Numbered from the stretch's first letter, positions 18,601 to 27,168 are shown. The stretch is DNA of 31,051 nucleotides from a virus (IMGVR_UViG_2909309443_000003); one strand, 5' to 3'. Made by a program: numbers and translations. Notes: a model not told the origin generated them from the sequence alone.

Positions 18601-18765
18601 TGTCAGGAGTCCTGAGGTTGAGGTTACTGGTCACCGCCAGTTTCCAGACTCAGGACACGCCAGACCACCAATGACGACTGGACAACCGTCCACACAACAG
18701 CACCTTAGCGAATCACTGACGGCCATTAAGTAGCCTTGCCCTGAATCCACTACGGCGAGGCATCA
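18601..18765. promoter_or_regulatory. divergent late-promoter region between O and P
   Basis: 165-bp gap between divergently transcribed O and P, the position of the activator-dependent late promoters in P2-like phages. I could not place the promoter elements themselves. Confidence 0.4.
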
Positions 18766-20535
18766 ATGACCATTTCCACCGATACAACCTTGTTGCATGA
18801 CCCGCGACGGCAGGCATCGCTGCTTTACTGGCAGGGTTTTTCCGTGCCACAGATTGCCGAAATGCTGCAGGTCAAGCGCCCGACCGTGCAGAGCTGGAAG
18901 CAGCGCGACGGCTGGGACGGCATCGCGCCGATTTCCCGCGTTGAAAGCAGCCTTGAGGCCAGGCTGATTCAGCTCATCGCCAAGCCGCAAAAGACAGGGG
19001 GTGATTTCAAAGAGATTGACCTGCTCGGACGGCAGATTGAACGGTTGGCGCGAGTCAACCGCTACAGCCAGACCGGCAACGAAGCCGACCTTAACCCCAA
19101 CGTCGCCAACCGCAACAAAGGGGAGCGCAAAAAGCCGAAAAAGAATTTTTTCAGCGACGAGGCTATCGATAAACTAGAGGAATTATTTTTCGACCAGTCT
19201 TTCGAGTACCAGTTGCAGTGGTACCGCGCAGGACTGGAGCACCGTATTCGTGACATTCTCAAATCCCGCCAGATTGGCGCGACATTCTATTTCTCCCGCG
19301 AGGCACTGCTGCGCGCACTCAAAACCGGCCATAACCAGATATTTTTATCAGCCAGTAAAACGCAGGCTTACGTGTTCCGCGAATACATCATCCAGTTTGC
19401 GCGACTGGTCGACGTTGACCTGACTGGCGACCCGATTGTCATCGGTAACAACGGCGCAAAACTGATTTTTCTCGGTACCAATTCCAACACCGCGCAGAGC
19501 CATAACGGCGATCTGTATGTCGATGAAATATTCTGGATCCCGAATTTTCAGAAACTGCGCAAAGTCGCCTCGGGCATGGCCTCGCAAAAGCACCTGCGCT
19601 CGACCTATTTTTCGACACCTTCCACGCTGGCGCACGGCGCTTACCCCTTCTGGTCTGGCGAGCTGTTCAACAAGGGGCGCAGCCGGATTGCCGACCGCAT
19701 CGAAATCGACATCAGTCACAGCGCGCTCGCCGGTGGCCAGCTCTGCGACGATGGCCAGTGGCGGCAGATTGTCACCATTGAGGACGCCCTTGCGGGTGGC
19801 TGCACCCTGTTCGACCTCGACCAGCTCAAACGCGAAAACAGTGATGAGGACTTTAAGAACCTGTTTATGTGCGAGTTTGTCGACGATAAAGCGTCGGTAT
19901 TCCCGTTCGAGGAGCTGCAGCGCTGCATGGTCGATGTGATGGAGGAATGGGAGGACTTTGCCCCGTTCGCCGACCATCCGTTCGGCTCTCGTCCTGTCTG
20001 GATTGGCTACGACCCGTCACACACCGGCGACAGTGCCGGGTGCGTCGTGCTCGCGCCGCCGGTGGTCTCTGGTGGCAAGTTCCGCATGCTGGAGCGCCAC
20101 CAGTGGAAGGGCATGGATTTTGCAGCACAGGCAGAGGGCATCCGCAAGCTGACCGAGAAATACAACGTCGAATACATCGGCATTGACGCAACCGGCCTCG
20201 GTCTCGGCGTGTTCCAGCTGGTGCGCTCATTTTACCCGGCGGCACGCGGCATCCGTTACACACCTGAAATGAAAACCGCAATGGTACTCAAGGCGAAAGA
20301 CACCATTCGCCGTGGCTGTCTGGAGTACGACGCCGGAGCAACCGACGTCACGCAGTCGTTTATGTCCATCCGCAAAACCATGACCAGCAGCGGGCGCTGC
20401 GCCACCTATGAGGCCAGCCGCACCGAGGAAGCCAGCCACGCCGATATCGCATGGGCGACCATGCACGCCCTGTTAAACGAACCGCTTTCTGCCGGTAGCG
20501 GCATGCAGCCTAAATCTATTCTGGAGTTCAACTAA
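18766..20535 (+). CDS. P: terminase large (ATPase) subunit (P2 gpP family)
   Basis: 589-aa ORF (MTISTDTTLLHDPRRQASLLYWQGFSVPQIAEMLQVKRPTVQSWKQRDGWD...) followed by Q. Confidence 0.9.
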   Translation: MTISTDTTLLHDPRRQASLLYWQGFSVPQIAEMLQVKRPTVQSWKQRDGWDGIAPISRVESSLEARLIQLIAKPQKTGGDFKEIDLLGRQIERLARVNRYSQTGNEADLNPNVANRNKGERKKPKKNFFSDEAIDKLEELFFDQSFEYQLQWYRAGLEHRIRDILKSRQIGATFYFSREALLRALKTGHNQIFLSASKTQAYVFREYIIQFARLVDVDLTGDPIVIGNNGAKLIFLGTNSNTAQSHNGDLYVDEIFWIPNFQKLRKVASGMASQKHLRSTYFSTPSTLAHGAYPFWSGELFNKGRSRIADRIEIDISHSALAGGQLCDDGQWRQIVTIEDALAGGCTLFDLDQLKRENSDEDFKNLFMCEFVDDKASVFPFEELQRCMVDVMEEWEDFAPFADHPFGSRPVWIGYDPSHTGDSAGCVVLAPPVVSGGKFRMLERHQWKGMDFAAQAEGIRKLTEKYNVEYIGIDATGLGLGVFQLVRSFYPAARGIRYTPEMKTAMVLKAKDTIRRGCLEYDAGATDVTQSFMSIRKTMTSSGRCATYEASRTEEASHADIAWATMHALLNEPLSAGSGMQPKSILEFN

Positions 20536-20536
20536 A

Positions 20537-21583
20537 ATGGGTAAACAAAAATCCCGTAAAGCCAACGCACAAAAGGCCAGCAAACCACAACAACTGACCG
20601 CCAGCGCACCGCCAAAAACGACAGCGTTCACCTTCGGCGAGCCGGTGCCGGTACTCGATAAGCGCGACATTCTGGATTACGTCGAGTGCATCAGTAACGG
20701 CAAATGGTACGAGCCGCCGGTCAGCTTCTCAGGGCTGGCAAAGAGCCTGCGCTCTGCCGTGCATCACAGCTCGCCAATTTATGTTAAGCGTAACGTGCTC
20801 GCGAGCACCTACATTCCGCACCCGTTGTTATCCCGTCAGGATTTCAGCCGCTTTGCGCTCGATTATCTGGTGTTCGGTAACGCCTTTCTTGAGCAGCGCC
20901 ACAGCGTCACCGGCCAGTTAATCAAACTGCTGGCCTCGCCAGCCAAATACACCCGACGCGGAGTCGACGATTCGATTTTCTGGTTTGTGGAAAACTTCAC
21001 CCAGCCGCACGAGTTCGCGCCTGATACCGTGTTTCACCTGCTGGAGCCCGACATTAATCAGGAGATTTACGGTCTGCCGGAATATCTCAGCGCGCTTAAT
21101 TCCGCTTGGCTGAATGAATCCGCGACGCTGTTCCGCCGCAAGTATTATCAGAACGGCGCGCACGCAGGCTACATCATGTATGTGACTGACCCGGCGCAGA
21201 GCGCGACCGACGTCGAATCGCTGCGCGAGGCGATGCGCAACTCAAAAGGGCTCGGCAACTTTAAGAACCTGTTTTTCTACGCTCCCGGCGGAAAACCGGA
21301 CGGCATCAAAATCGTGCCACTGAGCGAGGTCGCCACAAAGGATGACTTTTTCAACATCAAGAAGGCCAGTGCCGCCGATCTGATGGACGCGCACCGCGTA
21401 CCGTTCCAGCTCATGGGCGGCAAGCCCGAGAATATCGGTTCACTCGGTGATGTTGAGAAGGTGGCAAAGGTATTTGTGCGCAACGAGCTGTCGCCGCTAC
21501 AGGACAGGTTCAGGGAGGTAAATGACTGGCTCGGCATGGAGGTCATCAGATTCAAAGAGTACACCCTCGACAACCCAGAATAA
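20537..21583 (+). CDS. Q: portal protein (P2 gpQ family)
   Basis: 348-aa ORF immediately after P, transcribed toward cos. Confidence 0.9.
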   Translation: MGKQKSRKANAQKASKPQQLTASAPPKTTAFTFGEPVPVLDKRDILDYVECISNGKWYEPPVSFSGLAKSLRSAVHHSSPIYVKRNVLASTYIPHPLLSRQDFSRFALDYLVFGNAFLEQRHSVTGQLIKLLASPAKYTRRGVDDSIFWFVENFTQPHEFAPDTVFHLLEPDINQEIYGLPEYLSALNSAWLNESATLFRRKYYQNGAHAGYIMYVTDPAQSATDVESLREAMRNSKGLGNFKNLFFYAPGGKPDGIKIVPLSEVATKDDFFNIKKASAADLMDAHRVPFQLMGGKPENIGSLGDVEKVAKVFVRNELSPLQDRFREVNDWLGMEVIRFKEYTLDNPE

Positions 21584-21613
21584 CTTAGGCCGCCACAATC
21601 TCTGCGCTCATTA

Positions 21614-21642
21614 TTGAAGATGCAATCTGCGAAAGCTATAGT
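21614..21642 (+). promoter_or_regulatory. candidate sigma70 promoter of the Q-proximal cargo gene (TTGAAG, 17-bp spacer, TATAGT)
   Basis: -35 at 21614-21619 and -10 at 21637-21642, about 20 bp upstream of the ATG at 21661. Confidence 0.5.
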
Positions 21643-21660
21643 GCATCGAATATCAAAACA

Positions 21661-22665
21661 ATGGGCGCGGAGATTAATATTTTGGAAACTGATTTTAAAA
21701 TAACCCTCGAAGGTTTCGCTACTGAGCAAGAAGCAAATAATATCGGTAATTTCACACTAGAAGCTATCCGAGCTTTAACAAAGAATCTCAATCTTGATAT
21801 CTCCAAATTAAAATGCGTGATTGTTTCCTATAACTTCAGTGAAGCTCTTCAAAAGGTAACATCCTCTTACCAACACAAATCCCCTAGTTCATTTACCAAT
21901 AGCAAACAGGGCGCAGCCGTCGGGCAGTTAGTAACAAAAATTGGCAATGATGGGCTATATGAAGAATATACCCTTGTGCTATCGATTGATTTTTTTGTTG
22001 AGCTTTTCAATGATGGTAGCTTCTTAAAACTGAAAGAAGAAGGATACCTCGCAGTCATCCATCGCATTCACCATGAATTAGTGCACGTACATGAAAAAAA
22101 CTTACTAACATGCTTAGCCCAAAACTTTACAGTCAACGAGTATGGTAGCGCGCTTCTTATCTCAGCCACGCGTGCATGGTCTGAATATCTCGCTAATTAC
22201 ATGTCTTCGGGGTCTGCCCCTCAAGAAACTGTCGATTTATTTTTAGAGAATCTTGACACTGTTGTAAATGAAGTATCTGACGAGATTGAAAAACTCATCT
22301 GGGGTTATAAGTACGGTAATATTTCTCTGAATGACATGTATCTTGAAGTAAAAAAACGTATCAGGCTAATCATCAACTCTTATGCTTATGCGATGGGTTA
22401 TGTCCATTCTCTAAACATCAATATTAAAGAATACGATCCAAAGCTATCCCTTACACTATCCAACTCAAAGATAAGATATCAATTATCAGAATTAGGCATT
22501 GCTTTTCAGAATCTTTATGGGAAGTTTAATGACCAGCACATTACAGGTTTTGGTGATTTTCGGGAGATAACAATAATCATTGATGAAATATTCAAGCAGT
22601 TTGGGCTTGTTTTAGAGTGTCCCGATTGGTCTGGCGACGGTGAACTCTACATACATGTAAATTAG
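21661..22665 (+). CDS. HExxH-motif protein of unknown function (AT-rich cargo gene between Q and cos)
   Basis: 334-aa ORF, AT-rich relative to its flanks, with no TM segment or signal peptide. His-rich motif HHELVHVHE at residues 137-145 contains HExxH. Occupies the phage-end cargo position next to cos. Confidence 0.7.
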   Translation: MGAEINILETDFKITLEGFATEQEANNIGNFTLEAIRALTKNLNLDISKLKCVIVSYNFSEALQKVTSSYQHKSPSSFTNSKQGAAVGQLVTKIGNDGLYEEYTLVLSIDFFVELFNDGSFLKLKEEGYLAVIHRIHHELVHVHEKNLLTCLAQNFTVNEYGSALLISATRAWSEYLANYMSSGSAPQETVDLFLENLDTVVNEVSDEIEKLIWGYKYGNISLNDMYLEVKKRIRLIINSYAYAMGYVHSLNINIKEYDPKLSLTLSNSKIRYQLSELGIAFQNLYGKFNDQHITGFGDFREITIIIDEIFKQFGLVLECPDWSGDGELYIHVN

Positions 22666-22884
22666 TTTAATCATAGTAGAAACATAATTAGCAGTTTGAA
22701 TCCTGCCACTCCTGTAAAGCCGCTGCTCCTGGTGGCTTTTCCATGCACACCACCATCACGCATCAGATGCGTCTCACGCGCACGAACACACTCGACCACC
22801 AACGAACCAGCAGCGACCACGACAGCGCCATCACGACGCGCTCAGAGGATAATTTTTATTATTACGCATCACTGCTGGCGCGCA

Positions 22885-22903
22885 ATGCTTTCCCCGCCAC
22901 GCC
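22885..22903 (-). other. cos cohesive-end site (186 type)
   Basis: Minus-strand sequence GGCGTGGCGGGGAAAGCAT is, from memory, identical to the phage 186 cohesive end and differs at 2 of 19 positions from the P2 one. Confidence 0.7.
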
Positions 22904-23063
22904 TGCCCGCTTTATGGGGCGGTTTTAATGCAGTTGCATGACAACTCTGGATCCGCGCTAGCTCTGGCGGCGCACGGACAGAACGGGCAAGACTGACGCA
23001 TGCAAAACCATGCACCTGATGCATGCACGACTAAAAAACGGGAAATTCGCGGAAAAATGGCAT

Positions 23064-23094
23064 AAAAAAACCGGCATTCAGGGTGCCGGTTTTA
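23064..23094 (-). terminator. intrinsic terminator (bidirectional; stronger on minus strand)
   Basis: CCGGCA, 7-nt loop, TGCCGG, flanked by A7 upstream and TTTTA downstream on the plus strand. On the minus strand the hairpin is followed by a U7 run, terminating the LexA-box operon before cos. Confidence 0.7.
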
Positions 23095-23112
23095 GTCTGG
23101 TTTTGTCGCGAT

Positions 23113-23214
23113 TAATGGCCGCGCAATGCGCCAATAACACTGTTGAGGCACATGCTGGCAACAATCATCAGAAAAATCGTCGTCCACGGATTTTCATAAA
23201 CGAGAGATAACATA
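23113..23214 (-). CDS. small hydrophobic peptide (33 aa)
   Basis: Hand-translated ORF MLSLVYENPWTTIFLMIVASMCLNSVIGALRGH with GAGGA about 11 nt upstream of the ATG at 23214; one predicted TM helix. Confidence 0.4.
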
Positions 23215-23229
23215 TTTATATAGTTCCTC

Positions 23230-23423
23230 TTATTTGCGCATTCTGATGTGATTTAACAGGTGTTTGATAACGACTGATAGCTCATCTTTACCGGCCTGCC
23301 CGACCATTTTTGCGGTGTAGCTTTCCACCTCGCGAGAGCTCAGGTCGTTATTTAAAGCCATTAAAGTCAGATTCTTTGCCCAATCGGCAAACGGGTCATT
23401 TTTCGATGAAAGGGGATTTTGCA
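23230..23423 (-). CDS. hypothetical protein (64 aa)
   Basis: Internal ATG at 23423 (MQNPLSSKNDPFADWAKNLTLMAL...) with GAGG upstream. The track ORF extends to a TTG at 23514 that lies inside the upstream repeat element. Confidence 0.5.
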
Positions 23424-23486
23424 TGTCCAAAAACCTCGAATTATTTAACCAGCAGACGGTTGAAGTATTTGCGACGCTATGACCGG

Positions 23487-23555
23487 CTAACGCCTCGCGT
23501 AGCTCGTTGTTCAACCCCGCCAGACCTGAAAGCGAGTTTCAGCTCCGGCGGCGTT
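23487..23555 (-). repeat. 69-bp repeat element, copy 1 (hairpin with GNRA-like loop)
   Basis: About 84% identical to 23892-23960. Contains an extended imperfect inverted repeat around CTGAAA-GCGAG-TTTCAG, immediately 3' of the stop of ORF 23558-23767. Confidence 0.6.
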
Positions 23556-23557
23556 AT

Positions 23558-23767
23558 CTATGGTCGACGTGGTGGCGGTGAGTAATGTGTCGGCTTGCTG
23601 ATGCTATCCAGCTTGCCGTAATTATCCCTGACTATTTCGGCACACCCGACCAGCTCGGCGGGTGTCAAATTCTCATTGACCATTATCTGCTGCAGACGAT
23701 GAACGATGGCCATCAGTTTGATGCTTTTAGTTTTGTGCTGCGGAATTTCGCCCGGTAGTCGATGCAT
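23558..23767 (-). CDS. hypothetical protein (69 aa)
   Basis: ATG at 23767 preceded by GAGGG; sits between the two repeat elements. Confidence 0.5.
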   Translation of the reverse strand: MHRLPGEIPQHKTKSIKLMAIVHRLQQIMVNENLTPAELVGCAEIVRDNYGKLDSISKPTHYSPPPRRP

Positions 23768-23891
23768 ATTATCGCCCTCAATGAATTTTATTTAGCGCTG
23801 CCACAGCGCCACTATAAAACCCGCTAAGGTAACGTCCCATTCATCACTGGTGTGTAACCAATAAAACATCGAGAAACTTTGAGAGGAAGAA

Positions 23892-23960
23892 CTAGCGCCT
23901 CGCGGTGCGAGTTGTTCAACCCCGCCAGCACTGAAAGCAAGTTTCAGCACCGGCGGCGTT
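23892..23960 (-). repeat. 69-bp repeat element, copy 2 (hairpin with GNRA-like loop)
   Basis: Direct repeat of 23487-23555, immediately 3' of the DinI-like gene stop. Stem mismatches on the plus strand (A-C, C-A, A-C) become G-U wobble pairs in the minus-strand transcript. Confidence 0.6.
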
Positions 23961-23962
23961 TG

Positions 23963-24196
23963 TTAATGCAGCCAGCTATCGTCCTCCCATACCTGCTGCA
24001 TGATTTCCATTACTCGTTTTTTATCTTCGTCCAGTTTCAAACCGCTTAGTTCAACGCCATTAGCGGAGCCCTTGCGAATTCGGATAGCAGTCTTTGGGTA
24101 AATAGGTTGAAGATTGCGGTACAGTTCAGCCTCAAGTGCATCCAATGTTGCCTGACTAATTTTTTGCTCTTTATCCAACGTGATATTGATTCTCAT
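23963..24196 (-). CDS. DinI-family protein
   Basis: 77-aa ORF MRINITLDKEQKISQATLDALEAELYRNLQ...MEIMQQVWEDDSWLH; size and N- and C-terminal motifs match DinI/MsgA as I recall it. Lies in an operon behind a LexA box. Confidence 0.75.
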   Translation of the reverse strand: MRINITLDKEQKISQATLDALEAELYRNLQPIYPKTAIRIRKGSANGVELSGLKLDEDKKRVMEIMQQVWEDDSWLH

Positions 24197-24199
24197 AAT

Positions 24200-24382
24200 C
24201 TAATCAGCCTTATAAAAATTATCATCTTCGGTTTCGTTATTCTCGCTGTTTGCTAGGTCTGCAATGAGAGTGAGCGCGAGCTTTAAGTCTGATGGCTTGC
24301 AGTTTGCAATCAGAGATACCTCGGCAATAAATTGCACACAAGCCCACTTTTGCTGCGTTCGGCTGAAATGTTCGCCAACCAT
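24200..24382 (-). CDS. hypothetical protein, first gene of the LexA-box operon (possible antirepressor N-terminal part)
   Basis: 60-aa ORF with GGGAGGG 6 nt upstream of its ATG. In the same frame as the DinI-like ORF, separated only by TAG plus one codon. Confidence 0.55.
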   Translation of the reverse strand: MVGEHFSRTQQKWACVQFIAEVSLIANCKPSDLKLALTLIADLANSENNETEDDNFYKAD

Positions 24383-24401
24383 GAAATCCCTCCCACAGGG
24401 T

Positions 24402-24421
24402 TACTGTATATTTATACAGTA
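24402..24421. promoter_or_regulatory. LexA (SOS) box overlapping the operon promoter
   Basis: TACTGTATATTTATACAGTA is a near-perfect palindromic CTGT-N8-ACAG SOS box, about 20 bp upstream of the ATG at 24382 and overlapping a candidate TTGCCA -35 with downstream -10. Confidence 0.8.
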
Positions 24422-24495
24422 GCACGTATTGGCAAAAGATGGGAAGAAAAAAAACGAATAGAGCGATTGCTGTATGTGCATGATATGGATATGAA

Positions 24496-26718
24496 TTACT
24501 CATGTATTGGTTTTGATGCTTCAGCCATCGCCGCAACACGATTAAGGATTTTCCGAGCTTTAGCCTCATGCGATGGTGCTGCGGAAAATATTTCTCCTTT
24601 GGCCGTTCCGCGTAGCCATTTACCATCAAAACAACTTTTACCACCGGCCATCAGGTGCAGGGCTTCGCCCCGGCTGATATTAATGCCGGTTGTCAGATGT
24701 ATCTCATCGATAGTTTTAGCTATAGCTGCGTTTTGCTCATCCGTTCCGTGGATGAATTTTCGCCGTGCTGCTGGCTTTTGCTTCCTGAGTCGGTTGGTCA
24801 ATTCTCGTCTTTCACGCCGACTCAGTGGTTTTGTTAAATCCAGTATCGGTGGATCGCTTTCGCTTCCCGTACAGTTATTGACAGAACTCCGAGGGACGGC
24901 TTTGCCGTCCTGAAGGTCAACGGCCAAATCAACAGCACGCTTCGGAACAATCTTCCACTGAGTGAGCCGGGTTAAAATCGGGCTTCCTGCACCTATGGAG
25001 GAATCGTAGACCCCCTTAATACATACCGTTTCCTCACCGTACTGATTAAGCTCGGTACGCGGTTCATACAGTGTGCGCACCTGTAAATCATCGCGACGGA
25101 CAAACGGCCCACCCTGAGCATTAACATAACCAGCCCAGTCACCAGCGTCGGCGGCATCATGGACGGCGGCAAACTCAACGCTCAGACCGTGCGCGGTTTC
25201 GGTATCAGCGAGGCGACGCAACTCACGGTAAACCGTCACCGGCGCACCACCAATAAACTGAAACTGACGGATGTGCCAGCGCGCAGCCCATGCTGAAACG
25301 GCGGGGGCTGTCTCTTTCAGCAGCTCACCGCTTTCATCATCGGTTTCACCATCGAGAGCATAACCGTCGATATTTTTTGAAATGTATTTAGCAACATAGC
25401 CGGTTGCGCTGCCTTTCTCCGGGTCAATGGACTCCGCGTGGAAACGTGCTTTTTGGGATTTATCGCTTTTCAGTTCGTGGCGGTCTTCTTTCCATGCGTA
25501 TTTACGGACGATGGAGCGAACATATTCAACATCTTCCGGCAGCATGAACATCAGCATGTGCCAGTGTGGAGTGCCGTCGTGATGGGGCTCGGCGACACGA
25601 ATACCGAAAATACGGACATCTTCCCGATGTAGTTTGGCACGGATACGCGCCCAGATACCGGTTAGATAGTTTTGCGTGTCAGCCGGGCTGGCACCGCTCC
25701 ATTTGCTGTTACGGTAACCGGCTTTAGTCGTGGCGTGATATTTTGACGGCGCGGTTAGAGTGTAAAACTCACCGACATAACCGAGCTCATTACAGATGTT
25801 TTCAAACCCACGAATGCGGGTCATGAGCTCACAGCGGCGAATCGCAGGGTTAGCAACTGAGCCATCATATTTTTCAATTAGGCTGATACGGTTGCCGTCT
25901 TCGTCTTCGAGATCCAGACCTTTGAGAAATTCACGAGTGCGGCGCTTTTGTTCACGCCAGTCAGTCACGCAGTTTTTACTCGCGTAAGTGTTTTTTTTCT
26001 TACTGACGTTGCCGACTGCAATTTGCAGGTGTTCGCGCCACGTAGCTGCTACACGGCGCAAACGACCGCGCCACCACCCATCGTTAAACATTTTGGCGAT
26101 AGCCGGTGCGATTTCATCCGCACCGACATATTTTTTTTCAACCCGCTCCCAATGTGGTGGGATAACGTTGAATTGGAGGGAAATAAAGCCAGCACGAATA
26201 TACCAGGTGTACAGCGTTTTAAGCTCGCCGAATCCGTGGTCATTAATGTTGGCAAGTTCACCACGAATGAAATTAGCAATATCAGCGGCCAACAGGTCAA
26301 CATCAGCGCGCGACATGTCCGGGAGACGGTTATATCGGGCGACCATATTAACCATGCGTGACGACAGATATTGCATTTGCTGAGTATCAAAATGACTTCC
26401 AAAAACAGCGGTTGATACCTTGCTGTTGATACCAGCGCATTCGTATTTTTTTGCGACCAGTTCAAGACGCGGCAATGCCTTTTTGCAGAAGCTGATTAAA
26501 AATGCATTGGCTCGTTGACTACCCTGATTTTGTTCCAGCACCGCAGCAGTGCGATAAACATCTAACCGCACGCAGTCGGGCTGGAGAGAAAGCACCTTTT
26601 TTGCATGCAGCAAAGCCGCGAACATACGGTCGCGGCGATGCTGTTGCTCATAAGTAAGGTATGGGCTGGAGATTGCCGACCGTGGGACGTTCCACGGATA
26701 AGCGAATTGAACAGCCAA
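24496..26718 (-). CDS. A: rolling-circle replication initiator (P2/186 A protein family, HUH endonuclease)
   Basis: 740-aa ORF with an HUH-like motif (GTPHWHMLMF) and a Tyr-containing active-site motif (YVAKYISK). Confidence 0.85.
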   Translation of the reverse strand: MAVQFAYPWNVPRSAISSPYLTYEQQHRRDRMFAALLHAKKVLSLQPDCVRLDVYRTAAVLEQNQGSQRANAFLISFCKKALPRLELVAKKYECAGINSKVSTAVFGSHFDTQQMQYLSSRMVNMVARYNRLPDMSRADVDLLAADIANFIRGELANINDHGFGELKTLYTWYIRAGFISLQFNVIPPHWERVEKKYVGADEIAPAIAKMFNDGWWRGRLRRVAATWREHLQIAVGNVSKKKNTYASKNCVTDWREQKRRTREFLKGLDLEDEDGNRISLIEKYDGSVANPAIRRCELMTRIRGFENICNELGYVGEFYTLTAPSKYHATTKAGYRNSKWSGASPADTQNYLTGIWARIRAKLHREDVRIFGIRVAEPHHDGTPHWHMLMFMLPEDVEYVRSIVRKYAWKEDRHELKSDKSQKARFHAESIDPEKGSATGYVAKYISKNIDGYALDGETDDESGELLKETAPAVSAWAARWHIRQFQFIGGAPVTVYRELRRLADTETAHGLSVEFAAVHDAADAGDWAGYVNAQGGPFVRRDDLQVRTLYEPRTELNQYGEETVCIKGVYDSSIGAGSPILTRLTQWKIVPKRAVDLAVDLQDGKAVPRSSVNNCTGSESDPPILDLTKPLSRRERRELTNRLRKQKPAARRKFIHGTDEQNAAIAKTIDEIHLTTGINISRGEALHLMAGGKSCFDGKWLRGTAKGEIFSAAPSHEAKARKILNRVAAMAEASKPIHE

Positions 26719-26719
26719 T

Positions 26720-26941
26720 TTATACCCCCCGATAGTGTTTGTTTTTTAGCTCTGCGATTTGCTGGCAGGTTACGCAAAAAGCCACGCCCGGAATCGCAAT
26801 GCGGCGAGCTTCCGGGATTGGTGCGTCACATTCCTCGCAAAGAAAACGGGAAGGTGCAGCGATACGGGTGCGTGCGTTGCTGATGTGGCGTTCGCGGTCT
26901 TCCTGCTCGCGCAGTTGTGCTAAATCCATTGCGTCGGCCAT
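26720..26941 (-). CDS. DksA/TraR-family C4 zinc-finger protein
   Basis: 73-aa ORF with CEEC-N17-CVTC; small zinc-finger ORFs occur just upstream of A in P2-like phages. Confidence 0.65.
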   Translation of the reverse strand: MADAMDLAQLREQEDRERHISNARTRIAAPSRFLCEECDAPIPEARRIAIPGVAFCVTCQQIAELKNKHYRGV

Positions 26942-27168
26942 TAGTGCAGCTCCTGTGATTCATTCTCAAAGCGGGTTGCTTCACGGCGCAGCAGTTCGGC
27001 AGCTTCGGTGCCGCTCATTCCCTCTCTGGTAATATGGATAGCCAGCGCCTCAAGGCGGATGGAAACAGCGAGCGCGCGGTCTTTACGCTCTTCTTTTTTT
27101 GCATCGGTCAGCAATACGGCCAGCGCATCGCTATCAGTGTTAAAACTACGGATTTCGGTATTACGCAT
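26941..27168 (-). CDS. hypothetical early protein (75 aa)
   Basis: ORF with AGGAGA upstream, in the early operon upstream of the zinc-finger gene. Confidence 0.5.
   Translation of the reverse strand: MRNTEIRSFNTDSDALAVLLTDAKKEERKDRALAVSIRLEALAIHITREGMSGTEAAELLRREATRFENESQELH

Noticed and set aside
19348-19977. 209-aa minus-strand ORF inside terminase gene P
   Set aside because: Antisense shadow ORF within a strongly supported coding region.
22696-22941. 81-aa and 61-aa plus-strand ORFs across the cos region
   Set aside because: Overlap the cos site and its flanking packaging sequences; no RBS; GC-rich noncoding region.
23010-23210. 66-aa plus-strand ORF
   Set aside because: Reads through the hairpin/U-tract terminator; the minus-strand 33-aa ORF with RBS and the terminator explain this interval better.
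23424-23514. N-terminal extension of the 64-aa ORF from a TTG start (94-aa version)
   Set aside because: The TTG lies inside the 69-bp repeat element and the corresponding codons are not conserved in the second repeat copy; the internal ATG has a GAGG RBS.
23487-23960. Possible CRISPR array or tandem toxI-like repeats
   Set aside because: Only two copies, 405 bp apart, separated by a protein-coding ORF; no cas genes and no short regular spacers.
24237-24644. 135-aa minus-strand ORF spanning the LexA box and the end of gene A
   Set aside because: Crosses the promoter/operator and overlaps better-supported ORFs in other frames; no RBS.
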